NCBI RefSeq assembly: GCF_964194025.1
Contig: NC_134469.1
Location: 38,378,001-38,442,000 of the forward strand
DNA length: 64,000 nucleotides
Direction of reading: 5' to 3'
Source: Convolutriloba macropyga
Lineage: Eukaryota
The notes below the pieces were generated by a model, which worked only from the letters and a program-made list of their open reading frames with translations, ran no database searches and was not told the origin of the DNA. The first letter of the stretch is position 1. The number at the start of each line of letters is the position of its first letter. Both the position numbers and the translations under genes were made by a program. Positions 1 through 12,473 of this stretch are shown piece by piece.

Positions 1-1697
1 ACGCTGTCGCAGCCAATAAAACGATAATCTAATCACTGAGAAGATTATAATTTCTTTTGCGCGAACTTTCAACGCCAAAAGGACCTCCTCATGAGTTTTT
101 TATTGTGGCAAGGAAACAAAGAGCAACCTCAAAAATCCGCATATATCCCAAAACAAGCTTTTTAAATGACAATGCGTGGTATCAAAGCCAAGAAAACAAG
201 AGGATGAAAACAAAACAATTATGAAAATTTGATTCTGGCTCGCTAGAAAGAGGATACGGCCCGTCTTTACAGCGATTAGAATACCTGTTGACAGATAGAA
301 GATATAAAGTGACAATTTATAAAATCGATTTTTTAAGCAAGTAATTTCAAAAGCTACGAAAACCATAAGTCTTCAACTGAAAACAAAAACAGACCGGCTT
401 GCAACTGCATAATATTCTATATTGGCCTGTTGTACTGAGACAAAGTCATAAAACTTCAAACAAAACAATAATAAAGGAAAGAACTCAGAATTTATGAAAC
501 TATTTCACAAAACCACAGTACTGACGCTATTATAGCTATTGGATTTTAAAAACCTTTAACAATTATAGTGAACTGAATCTATTTTACTTCTTCACTTGTT
601 GTTAAGCGCATTACAAGGTTTCCTGATTAGTCAAGATATTTCGAATTGTGACCTTTCCCAAACACATATGAACTACTTACTTTAAATTACGTCTTAATAA
701 ACTTCAAAAAAACAATAAAAAAGGAAAGAACTCAAAATTTAAGAAACTATTTCACAAAATCTTAGTACTGACGCTATTATAGCTATTGGATTTTTAAAAC
801 CTTTAACAATTATAGTGAACTGAATCTATTTTACTTCTTTACTTGTTGTTAAGTGCATTTCAAGGTTTCCTGATTAGTCAAGATATTTCGAATTGTGGCT
901 TTTCCCAAACACATATGAACTACTTACTATAAATTACGTCTTAATAAACTTCAAAAAAACAATAAAAAAGGAAAGAACTCAAAATTTAAGAAACTATTTC
1001 ACAAAATCACAGTACTGACGCTATTATAGCTATTGGATTTTAAAAACCTTTAACAATTATAGTGAACTGATTCTATTTTACTTCTTTACTTGTTGTTAAG
1101 TGCATTACAAGGTTTCCTGATTAGTCAAGATATTTCGAATTGTGGCTTTTCCCAAACACATATGAACTACTTACTATAAATTACGTCTTACTAAACTTCA
1201 AAAAAAAGATTAAACAAGGAAATAACTCAAAATTTAACATACTATTTCACCAAACCAGAGTACTGAAACTATTATAGCTATTGGATTTTAAAAACCTTCA
1301 ACAATTATAGTGAAACTGAAAGTATTTTTTCTTTACTTGCCTCTCAATTGACTATCAATCGGTCTTTTTTGTAAAAGGTCTGCTTGAACGAAAAGAAAGA
1401 CATAAAAATTTCACCAGTATCAATAACTTGATCAAAATTCTTATGAAAACAAATAGTCTAAGCCCTCAGTCAAAAAGTCAAACATATAAAGATTTGTGGT
1501 TTGCTTCAGCAAAATTGGACAATACCTATCAATAATATGACTAAGCAAAATGATGTCCAAATCAGAACAAGAATGAAAAAATCAAACATCCATTTTTTCA
1601 AAATATTTTATCTGAAAGTCACTAAAACATTAGAGCTAAATATGAGTTTTTCAAGAGATTCAGTTTATCATCTAAAAATGCCATTGAGATTCAAAAG
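1..1697 (-). mobile_element. Diverged internal portion of HINE-like repeat family A (inverted relative to 2216-5178)
   Basis: The reverse complement of 1-90 aligns by eye to about 4500-4585, and 1450-1495 aligns to about 3885-3930. Termini lie outside the window or in the gap. Confidence 0.55.
451..1340. repeat. Tandem repeat, about 247-bp unit, about 3.5 copies
   Basis: Unit starts (aaacttcaaa...aaggaaagaactc) at 451, 699, 946 and 1193. The first three copies are near-identical. Confidence 0.95.
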
Positions 1698-1897
1698 NNN
1701 NNNNNNNNNNNNNNNNNNNNNNNNNNNNNNNNNNNNNNNNNNNNNNNNNNNNNNNNNNNNNNNNNNNNNNNNNNNNNNNNNNNNNNNNNNNNNNNNNNNN
1801 NNNNNNNNNNNNNNNNNNNNNNNNNNNNNNNNNNNNNNNNNNNNNNNNNNNNNNNNNNNNNNNNNNNNNNNNNNNNNNNNNNNNNNNNNNNNNNNNN
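1698..1897. other. Assembly gap (200 N)
   Basis: Run of N characters. Confidence 1.
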
Positions 1898-2215
1898 GTT
1901 AATCATGCGCTGAGTTGCGGAAAAACTGAATAAAATGGACCGCAGCTTTCGGACTTGTTATCGAAAATATTTACCTAACTTTAAAATGTTTTAGGGCTTC
2001 AAAAAGACAATATATTTCTCCGGAATTTGTTTAACAATGTCGAAACGCTTACAAAAACACGAGAGTCTCGTATATATCCTAAACACCATTGGAAACACTC
2101 TTGATCATATATCACTTATAAGACCAATTAAATCTCTGGAAGGTCTTTACTTCATGTGTTATTCGGTTTTTTGCACAGAAACGATAGCATTATTGATGCG
2201 TCGTTCAGTTTTATT

Positions 2216-5178
2216 GTTCCGACCCCACTTTAGTGGGGAGGGAGAAACTATATACTGAAATGGGTTTTTTTTGTTCAGTCAATTTTGGTCGATCGATATA
2301 TCCATCGTGTTGTCAGTGGTAACAATGAAAAGCACGTACATCTAGAATATAGAATATAGAATAGACTTAAAAAGATTGTTTTCGATATTAGTTTTTTTAC
2401 AGGGAGTTATCGAGGTTTGAAATTTTGTGAATATTCGACAGTTTTTTATTCACATTTTCCGTAATTTTTGCTAAAATTTGGCTCAGTTGTGCTAATATAA
2501 GTTAAAATAAGTTAAAATTTTAAACGGTAGAGTGTTATTGTTACCATAAGAGAAAAAACAGCGTTGCTGGATTGTCTGATTGGAGTTTTTTGGCCTAAAA
2601 ATTTGATAAACTTTTCTCACCAAAAATTGCACAAAATTTGCTCCTTTGGACATTTTTGTTTTAGTTTGCTGAAGGTGGAGAACTAAAAACCGATGACAAA
2701 ATCATTATACGGAAGACAATTATATACGAATCATTATACGAATCCACAATTATACGGAATGCATACGTTTCTTTGGAATATTTCTCTTAACAATTGGTCT
2801 AAATCGCAAACATTTGGAACATTTAGGTGGTTTGTTAGACGCCTTGCACAATTAGCGATAGTTTTGATATCATCATAGATTCCTACAAACAGAAAATTTT
2901 ATTTTGGTTCCGCTTTTTTTTCAAAATAAATTTTTTTTTGTTTTTTAATGTTAATTACTGACAACATTCTCATTTCACGGCTTCGTGAAAGGCAGCTCCC
3001 AACTACGTAAGAATGAGACGGAATGTAAATATAGTATGTTTTCAGAAAATCTTATGGTTTATGGCTTTGAGTTTTAGTAAACTTTAACTGAATTTGTGTT
3101 TTTTGCCTTCAATTTTTTTTATTTTTGCAGACTGGTAACTAAGTCTAACCAATCAAAGATTCAAATGTCGTTTTCAAGAATTGTATCTGAAACTGTTCAA
3201 TGCAAGCGGTTGTTATCTAATGTCTCTTATGACATCGAATAAATTTGTTTTGGGAAAATTTTGGTGGTTTTATCTTATTTATGTCAACAGTTAGCCTATT
3301 CTCAGTAATTAGACGTGAAACCTTCTTTCTTATTGGATACAAACCAATCTTGATGTTGGTTTTTATTACAAATAACGGCTTGTTGGTTTTGGTACTACAA
3401 GTTTTCATACAAAATTTGTGATTTTTGTGTTTGATTGCCCATTTTTTCTGTTCTTTTCGTATCTTTGGTAAATCATCATTACTTAACAACCTAACTGAAA
3501 TAAGTGTTACAAAATCTGTCATTGAATTTATTTATTCTTTTTATAAATAATGGTTTTAAGGGCTGCGACTCCCTTCTCTTGCAGAACTTGGTTGTTTTTT
3601 TTTGTTTTTGTTCTCGTATTTGTTCTCGTATGCCAATTGTTGGATAATAAAGGGTCTCAATGGCCACTTATTGATATATAAATGAAATTGATAACTGATA
3701 TTGACATATAGCTAATAGTTTTATTGACTATCAAATTAATTTTCAAAAAAGTAAGTATTCAACCTCTGTTTTTCTTTTCTTCGTATTTTATAATATTGTA
3801 TCATTTTCGTAGCTTAGCTTCATCATTTAGGGATTTCGTTAATGTTGTTGTTGAATCGAAGAATATTTTGTCTGTTGCTTGAACACTTTGACTGAGGTGT
3901 TAAGGGCTTAGACATTTTGTTTCAGAAGAATTCTGTGAGTTTTAGATACTTTTCAGTTTTTGTGGTTCATTCTGTTTTCTTTTTGAGATTGTCGTTTTAT
4001 AAAAAAGACTATACGATATCAAGAGAAGACGCAAGTGATAATTCAATTTCTTGAGTTTATTTTTCAATGAATTTAATGACTCCAAGCTGTGGTTTCGTAA
4101 AATTGTTCGTGAAAATTTTTAACTATTTGTATTAAATGTTAATTTATAGTCTTATGACTTCGTCTCATCAATAACAGGCGCAATTAGTTTTCGAAGATAA
4201 ACTGTCTAAAAGTTTATGTTGGCTATGATTTTTAAAAATATTTGCTTTTAAAAGAAGACAATGGATTTCTCAGTTTTGCCAATCTTATTTCTGTTAATTT
4301 GTAGCTTTGTGTCTCTATAGACAAGTCACATCCCTTATCTAATGAACAGCAATTTGCTCTTCATAACGGTTTGTTTTTCCTCAAATCGTCATGCTTTTGG
4401 GAGAACGATTGGAACGATTTTTCATAATATATTAGTGATTTTTACATATTCGCGAGTTTTGGAGGTTTTTGTTTTCTTTTCACAGTGTCACAATAATTGA
4501 TAGTCCTCTGGCCATTTGAAATGCAATCAAAATTTTTCAATATACCTACTGAACAGCTGATTATTTATTTGGCTGGGACCCCGTTTTAAAGCAAATTTGG
4601 GATTTTTCTTTTTGCCTGTATTTGTCGTTCTTTTTGTGGTCGTTTGAGATATCGTGATTAATGAACCGTCTGAATGACTCTCTACGCAGTTATTAATTAA
4701 TCTGTCAATGATTTCAGTTGATGCATAATGTTACTAATCTGTTTGACCTTAATTTTTTTCAAAAAAGCTTTGTTTAAAACTTTGCCCCTTTTCCTCTATT
4801 CTAGTCGAATTGTTAACAAGTCGCATTGAGGAAAAGTCCATTTCTTTCTAATGACGTACGGGTTCATCTTCTTTAGTTTACGTTTCATCTGATGCCATTT
4901 GATTTGGTTTTTCATTGTTTTAAAAAATGGACAACGAGTTTTGGTCGTAATTAAAATTTGTATTTATTTGTTTTTATCGCCGTCTTTTTTGGTAGTCATA
5001 TTAATGACAGGTCTCATCGGCCTTCTAAGTTATATTGTTTTATTCATTTAGTAGTTTGTCCAACGATATGTTAATTTTTTTAATCTCTTCCTCATTTGGT
5101 AGACAATTAAGTGAAAAATGTAGATGAGCGGGGTCGGAACATTATATGCAAACGCACATTTCCGAGCCTTCTTTGTTT
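2216..5178 (+). mobile_element. Non-autonomous Helentron-associated (HINE/DINE-1-like) element, family A, copy 1
   Basis: Perfect 11-bp subterminal inverted repeat GTTCCGACCCC (2216-2226) / GGGGTCGGAAC (5130-5140). 5' hairpin CCCCAC-ttta-GTGGGG, 3' tail tgc-aaac-gcac...gagc, T-rich flanks, no ORF. The same ends recur elsewhere in the window. Confidence 0.65.
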
Positions 5179-7339
5179 GAACTAGTTTTCAGTGGTCTCT
5201 TGAAAACTTCCTATTTTGTTAAGGTGCACATACTTGACTAAGGTTATAGGCTGAGAAGACTTATTCGGAGATTTTTCACCAGAAATGTCACCAAATTTAA
5301 AAACACACCCATGGTATCAATTTTTCATCGTTTATTCTGAGCAGTAAGTTCTGAAAAGGCCACAAAACGGTGTTTGTTTGTTTGATTTAGCAACCGAATC
5401 ACTGAAAAAGTATTTCACGCAGTCAATAGTTAAAGTTTTGCAAAATAGAAACCGGAAGTGAATAACCCGGGAAGTGAAAAAAATTGTGAACGAAGTTGAA
5501 TAATTTATCTGGTATTAATTTCCTGCTCTCAGCCATACCTTGCTCACAATGTAGCGTGTACCTAAATGCCATTTCCTATTTTTGCTCATTTTTGTTCTCC
5601 TGTACTTTGTTTTTCCTTATATTTTTCTGTCCTCAGTTTAATTCCCCGGCTGGAAGTGATAGTCTCTCCTTCAAGTGACAACAACCTACACCCCTCCCCT
5701 CCTGTTCTACAGAAGAAGAAGTAGATGTAGATTTGTCTTACTGTATTCTATTTTGTATAAATCTTTCTTTTCACGCTTTTTAATTTCATTCTTTCTTTTT
5801 GTCCTCTAAGGTCGAGTTGCGGTTAAAAAAGACTTTGCGCCTACACGCCTTAACTCTCTGATGACTGTTCGATTCTCTTTTTATAGCTATGCAAAAATAA
5901 AGGCGAATTGTTATTATTATTACTATTACTGCCAAGTCCGCCCTTGCGTTGCGTCACAATTTTTAATTTAATCAAAGCAATAATGCTAATACTAAATTCT
6001 CCACATATTGTTGTGTTGTTTGTATGGATTAATAACATTTTCAACAACCAAAGTTCAGGTGAGTTGTGATCAAACAGTTTTGGAGGGTCAGTTATTTAAA
6101 TGTCATTTCCTAGATAAGTTTTCACATAAACTTTTCGTCTCGAAGGTATTTTGAAACGGTCTCTGTCCCAGATACATTAACAAAAGAAATAAACTTATTA
6201 ATTATTTCAAATAAATTTACTTTGTTCCTGATTTACGGGTGACTTGGTTAAATGTTCCCACCCCACTTGTGGGGGGACGAACTATATACTCAAATAGGTT
6301 TTTTTGTTCAGACAATTTTGACCGATCGATATATTCATCGTAGAGAAATGTGAGTGGTATCATTAAAAAGCCCGTCCATCGTAGAATACAAACAAAGATT
6401 TTTTGAATTTCGAATTTTTTGAGGAGTTGTCGAGGTTTAAAGTTTTGTGTGATCACGTGATAATTACACGATTTTGTTCACTTTTAGCGTAATTTTTGTT
6501 CAAATTAGGTCTTTTCTATGTAAACATTATTTCAAAATTACATTTCACGCTACAAAATGTTTTCAGAGATGACGTTTCTAGATAAATGTTTCTAGATAAC
6601 GTTTTCGGAGAAAGGTTTATGTTTTAAATGGTTTCGATGCTTTCTTGCACTTTTCTACTAAAATGTTTGGTTTTTGCCTGCTTTTGTTGTTGTTTTCATA
6701 GTCATAAAACTTATTGTAATGTCTTATTGATGACCTAAAGATGAAAAACATCCTTATCTCCTTATGGAGGCATAACTTTGTCACTAATGGAGGCATAACT
6801 TATTGACTTCCGTTGAGTGCTATGGAACTTAGTGGCTGTTAAGGCTTTTAAAAAAAGTTTTTGGACACTAACCATTATTAAGCTTATTTTCGTGAACTTT
6901 AAGTCAGTGTCAGTAAAGACAGGGCCCCTTTCTTTTTTTACTATAACCATAATTAATCTGGTCAGCTGTTATATCTTAACTATTGGTTTTATGACTCCGA
7001 TGCCACAAGTTTTCATAAATTTTTTTTAAAAAAAATGTAGATATTTTTTTGTAAATTTGGTTCTTTTGCACATCTTATCTCGTATTCTAACATTGATAGT
7101 TCCGATTGGCTTATAGAAGACGTTCCATGGATTATAGATAAAGTTTTCACAGAATCACTCATGGTTTAAATGGTGACATTTTCTTCTCTCACTATTCTAC
7201 TGAATTTTTGGTTTCCGCATGTATTTGTTGTTGTTTTCATAACCATGAGACTTATTGTGAAGTCCTGTTGATGACGTATGATTGACAAACATCCTTGTCT
7301 TCTCATTGGGGCATAAATTAGCGCATTTTTAGCGAATTG

Positions 7340-7578
7340 GAAAAGCGAAAGTATAAGTATAAAAATACTTTAAAACAAAGCATGAGCGTGTAATCAGACA
7401 TGTCTGATCACGAAGCGGGAATCCAAGTTAAGATGAAATAAAAGCAACTCGTGACGTGAAGTGTGAACAGGAATGAAATGAGAAATGAAGGGCAAACAAA
7501 ATGAACGAAATAAATACATCATATGACATTTACTGCACCAAATAATTAAATTAAATGTAAGTGTACTCAGGTATCACA
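7340..7578 (-). repeat. 3' LTR of gypsy element (distal end uncertain)
   Basis: Begins TGTGATACC on the - strand at 7578, preceded by the purine tract GAGGGGTA (7579-7586). 7471-7578 matches 12365-12473. Confidence 0.8.
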
Positions 7579-7730
7579 TACCCCTCGTTGTGACAAAAGA
7601 AAAATTGTACTTATTGTACAATTTTTTCTTTGTGGATAATAGTAGTAACAATATTTCCAATTTAATACTTGTTCACCGGTATATAATAACAATATATGTA
7701 CTGTTTATCTTATCTAATAATAAAATAATA

Positions 7731-8900
7731 CTAAACTATAAGTTCTACAGTTTTCACAGGTTTATGATCTGCATATAGTTCAATCATCGACCTCTCGTTT
7801 CTCATCATCGAATACTGACATCGACCTGATGTCCTCATCCAAAGGTTGGATCTGCTGGTCAAATAAGAAGCGAACGCAAGGATCGGGGGTGATACTTCAC
7901 CAATAACGGGCGAAATGTTTGTCTGCTCAGGTTTTTGAGTAGCAATTGTCTGGACTGTCTCCACAACCGAAGCAGGCGGGAGCTGAGAGTTTTTGACATC
8001 TTCCGCTCGGCGTGGGCGTTTTGGCGGTACTGTGATGGTCGAGTAAGGGGAAGAATTGTCAAAGCCGTAATATGAAGGGCTACGGCGGATCCTGTCAAAT
8101 GTACGTTTGCCCTGCGACGTGGAGGCTGCGGGTACAACGTGTTGGAAGGCTGACGCTGATGCTGATTGCGGCGGAAGTATCGTTTCGCTTGGTGAAGCTG
8201 CTTGTTCTTCGTTACGTTTGTTTCGAATTGGGAAGTTGGGTATTTTTGGTATGCGCCCTCGCATCGCGCGTGAATCGTTTGAACGGAAAGATGAAACTCC
8301 ACTACTGGGTTCTCGCCTGCGGTGTTTCATCTTCCTGTCACCCTTGAGCTTGCGAGTAAATTGATTTACGTGACTCTGGATCTATTCCTCCACCAGCTTC
8401 TCACAGGTTCACGGTCCACGTCGATCTGCGTAGACCTCTAATTGAGTTTGTCTCTCCTGAAGAGTCCCGAATTTGGCTATATCACTGTTCCGCACAATGA
8501 CCATAGGTTTTCCTGGATCCTTTATCGTTAAATTTGTGGGGCTCATTTTTAGAATGTTTGGGCCTGGAGCAAGAAATTCATACAGTCCCTCCGGATTCTT
8601 TTTGGAGCGTCGTTTGCCTTGAATCTCTTGGGCCCATTTGAGCTGTACTGCCCTCTTTGAGAGTGGGATCGTTCTGCAGACAACAGAGCGGAAAAATCTA
8701 GACGCGCCGTCCGTGCTTTCTCTTTGCCTTTCGCTAGCCTCCGGCGTTTCCCGAGTCATTCCCAACTCGACTTCGATATCACTCCTGTATCCATTCAGCC
8801 ACTTATCGTCAGGTAGAATGTCCTCGGGTGTGACTGTGTCTTCATCTAAAAAGTGGTTTACAATAAGAGAGATTAGATAGTTAAGGTTTAGTAGAGATGA
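7731..8900 (-). pseudogene. C-terminal extension of gypsy pol downstream of the integrase core
   Basis: ORFs 8409-8765 and 7731-8330 are in the same frame, separated by two stops, and lie between the integrase core and the PPT. Confidence 0.6.
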
Positions 8901-8911
8901 CGCTCAACGGG

Positions 8912-9760
8912 TTAATAGGTTTCCCCTCGAAAATGTGCTTCGAGGAGCAAAATCTTTGTTGTTTTCTGTTTGTATAATCGCAATTGGTGAATAATGATCT
9001 TCAATGAATGCTTTTCATGAAATAAGTTTTCGGCCGATTTTTCTTCTTTGACACATGCCAGTCTATTCTTAATCGTTTGAATTAGTCTTTCTACCAAATC
9101 AATAGCACGATGGTGGTTAACAGAAGCCTCAATACTTTCAATATTATTTTTATTGCCGAAGGTCTTTTCTTGATTTTCAATCAAATATTTCGCTTGATCC
9201 AGTCGAATAGAACGAGGGATTCCGTGATTTTCAAGGTACATGTCCAAAAATTTTAAACCATTTGGTCCATTAGCTTTTTCGTATATACATGCAGTGGGAT
9301 ACTTAGAGAAGCGATCTATGGCGGCTTAGAAATATACTTCTTTACCCTTTTCGTCGAAGATTGGTCCTCCAAAATCGATTTGGATTTCCTGATTCGGTTC
9401 AACGCACAGCATATGAGAACGAAATTGCCTAGCGGGGATGAAAGACTTAAGATTCTTACCGCTTGCTGTGCAAGTTTTGCACTCCGTTGCTTAGGCTATT
9501 AGTTCGGGGTACATTTATGGCCACCAGCAGAGCGTGGTGAAGCATATCTTTCCACAGGTACCTGGGTGGCTCGCGTGTATGTCGTCTGTACAGACGCAGC
9601 CGGAGCGAACATGGAGGTCTCTCCAATATAAACTTATATGGGGGTCAAGTTCTTTTAGACAACTTTCGTTGTTTGTCACAATAGAATCACGGACCTCTTT
9701 AAGGACGGCGTCTTTGCTAGTGAGGGCTGCGATCAATGATTTATTGAAAATCGTATTCAC
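8912..9760 (-). pseudogene. Gypsy integrase (HHCC plus core), frameshifted
   Basis: IHASHPG...WWP zinc-binding region; GIPRSIRLDQ...HHRAIDLVERLIQTIK core motifs. Confidence 0.88.
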
Positions 9761-10489
9761 TATATTGTTGAATGTAGGAATTTGGTGCTGGGTGTTAGGC
9801 GAGTACTTATGTTTGATGATAGGGCTGGGGAAGTTGGGGATGTTATAATGGGAAGGCGATTCGCGGTGCGAGTAGCAATTGGGGAATTTGGAGGCTGATT
9901 TGCACCGCGAGAAGAGCTTGTAAGAGTAGAGGTTGAATTCGCGAGGCGTGAGGAGTCGTTGAATCGAACTCTTGTAATTCGTTTTTAGAAGGCATTTTTT
10001 TGTTATTTGAAGTGGTGTTGTTAATGTCAGATTTTTTCAAAATGTGAAGCAAACTTTGAAGAAGATTCGTGCGACCTAATTCGAGAATGATTTTAATTTT
10101 TTTCATTCCGATTTTGGAAGAATTGTTTAAACTGAATTAAATTTCGCTTAGCGAGTGAGGTGTTAAATGGTATTTGCGACGCGGGTTATGCATATTTTAA
10201 ATTGTTCAAATTACAGCTTGTTCTTGTAAATTGATTTTGGCGGCGCGGGGGATAAATATCAATCATGCTTATGTACACGGGTAGCAATTTTGCTAATTAA
10301 ATTAATCGCATTAGTTGTAGGTTCAAATTTAGGTGTGATTTGGGGTGCGGGATCATGTGCTTGAATTAAATTGTGTAAATGAGGTGTGGATTCACTAGAT
10401 TTTAACTTTAATGAATTGACGGATGTAGTTTTAATTTGGCAACGATAAATTCCCCATCGTATGCAGACACTTTTTTAATTTTCTGGTTT

Positions 10490-11980
10490 GGATGTCGTGA
10501 AATGTAATCCACTAATCCCATTTTTGCCCCTGGCAAATGTTCGATTTCAAATTGAAAAGGTAGTGTTCTATCGATCCAGCGAGTTAAGCGACTGTTTTAT
10601 GATTTATTTGAACAATTTTGTTTCAATATAGAAAGAAGGGCTCTATTATCTGTAATTACTGCAAAGTTTTTGCCGTACAAGTAATTTTTAATGTATTCAA
10701 TAGACCAAACTACCTCGAGAATTTCTAGTTCATTAACACTATATCGTTCTTCTTAAGAATTTAGAAATCGAGATGAAAACGCAATTGGTTTCATCCATCA
10801 ACTGTTAACTGTTCAAGTGCCGCTCCAAGACCGCAGCGAGAAGCCTCGCATTTTACGCGTGTATCGAGTTGCGGGTTGTAATGTCTATTTTCAGTGGCAT
10901 TCGCAATGCGATTCTTTTTTTCAGTAAAACGATTTTCATGTAGGTCAGTCTAGATAAATTTAGATGATTTTTTCAATAGATGACAGAGTGGGTGGCTAAT
11001 TTGTTCAAGATTTGGAATAAACTTAATGATGTAGTGTAATGAGCCCAGAAAAGAGCGAAGTTTCGTAAGTGTCTTTATACTTCAAGAGCTAAGTTAACTG
11101 AGGTCTTGATCTCAATGGTCGAAATACCCGATTGGGAAATATGATATCCAAGCCAATCAATCTCTAGTTTAAAAAAATGGCATTTTAGGAGATTTATCCT
11201 AAGATTTCCGTCTTCCAACCGCTTGAGATAATTTAGAACAAATTGTTTATATTCTTCCTCCGATTCTTTACTTGCAATAAAGATATCATCAAGAAAACAA
11301 TAGGCCTTCTTTAGACGGATAAGAGTGTAGTCCATTGCTTTTTGAAGCTCTGCCGGCATATCTGTTAAACCATAAAATCCAGTTTGAATTGGATAAGTGC
11401 ATGTCATGTCGCCGCTAATCAAATTAAAGTTAAAGTGGTTTGCTGTGTCAGGATCTAAGATTAAGTTTAATTTCATGTGTAGTATAGAGAAATAAGGCGA
11501 GTTTTGTGATGCGGGAGCACTAATTTGTTGAGATATAGATTCGATAAGCGTATCAATATTAGGCATTTGGTATTTGTTTTTGTGAATAACTTTATTCGGT
11601 ATTTTTAAATTCAGTGCAAGTTTGATTGTCTGGTCTTTTTTAACGGTGACTAGAGTGCTGGAAATGAAATACTTATCAGGACAATTGTTTTTTTCATCTA
11701 ATGAATTTTTGAGTTTGTTGTTAACTTTATCCTGAAAATTAATAGGTATACGTCTACCCTTTTGATGTCTGGGATGAAAAGAATTGTGAAAATTTGATTT
11801 AGCAACTTGATTTTTTGATCTTCGCATGCGAGAGATTAAGTTAGGAAATGTTAGTGCAATATGTTCTTTGAATTCTAAAGAGGGTGAAATGGTGTTGACT
11901 TGATTACCTGGGGATGAGGAGGATTGCGTTACAGCTAGTCCTAATTGATCGAACAAATCTGGACCGATTAGAAATTTCAA
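10490..11980 (-). pseudogene. Gypsy reverse transcriptase and RNase H, disrupted
   Basis: ORF 11075-11980 has KYQMPNIDTL, YGLTDMPAELQKAMD, CFLDD and KCHF..WLGY. RNase H motifs lie between about 10490 and 10870. Confidence 0.9.
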
Positions 11981-12070
11981 GCCATCAGCGACGACCGTGA
12001 ATATGGCCGAATTTGAAGTCCTTCCATTGCTCGAAATTGGAGCCTGTACTTTACCTTCAAAGCGAATCGG

Positions 12071-12316
12071 TTAATTCGAGAAGGTCCTGAGTTGCGGGCT
12101 TGCGCTCTCGTAAATCCAGAAAGTGTGGGGACTGCCTTTCACTACTAGCAACGCGAGAAGGCTACATGCGCTCCCGGAGTCCACAAGTAGAGTAGTCGAT
12201 ATATTGCCGATTTTGATCGGCTTTTTCAGAGGTTGTTTTTTTGCAAAATCGTTTTGGATAAGAGCGACCGTATTGTCCTCCCCGCTGCTGGAGTCAGATC
12301 CATATCGTTTCGACAA
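12071..12316 (-). pseudogene. Gypsy aspartic protease fragment
   Basis: IKIGNISTTLLVDSGSACS retropepsin motif upstream of the RT. Confidence 0.85.
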
Positions 12317-12361
12317 TCAAAGGAAGTTCGCCGAATCTTCGAGATGCGGTTCTTCGTCTTC

Positions 12362-12473
12362 TGTGAATGAAATGAGAAATGACGGGTAAATGAAATGAGC
12401 TAAATAAATACATCATATGAAATTTACTGCACCAAATAAATAAATTAAATGTAAAATGTACTCAGGTATCACA
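12362..12473 (-). repeat. Truncated 5' LTR of gypsy element
   Basis: About 90% identical to 7471-7578 (about 9 substitutions and 1 indel in about 108 bp). Abuts protease-proximal sequence directly. Confidence 0.85.

Larger units (their letters stand above)
7340..12473 (-). mobile_element. Decayed Ty3/gypsy LTR retrotransposon (gag and PBS deleted)
   Basis: Domain order on the - strand is protease (LVDSGS), RT (YGLTDMP..., FLDD), RNase H (EAS..GLGA; PFQFEIEHLPGAKMGLVDYISR), integrase (HASHPG, GIPRSIRLDQ). Paired LTR segments and a PPT are present. Many stops and frameshifts. Confidence 0.92.

Noticed and set aside
451-1340. Possible CRISPR-like array
   Set aside because: The units are contiguous 247-bp repeats with no unique spacers, and the context is eukaryotic.
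1501-1906. ORFs running through the N gap
   Set aside because: They are artefacts of untranslatable N bases.
2968-3020. Hairpin tttcacg-gctt-cgtgaaa here, and scattered CTGANGA hits (5858, 28194, 54950), as hammerhead ribozymes
   Set aside because: I could not build the three-stem core with GAAA and a cleavage triplet by eye.
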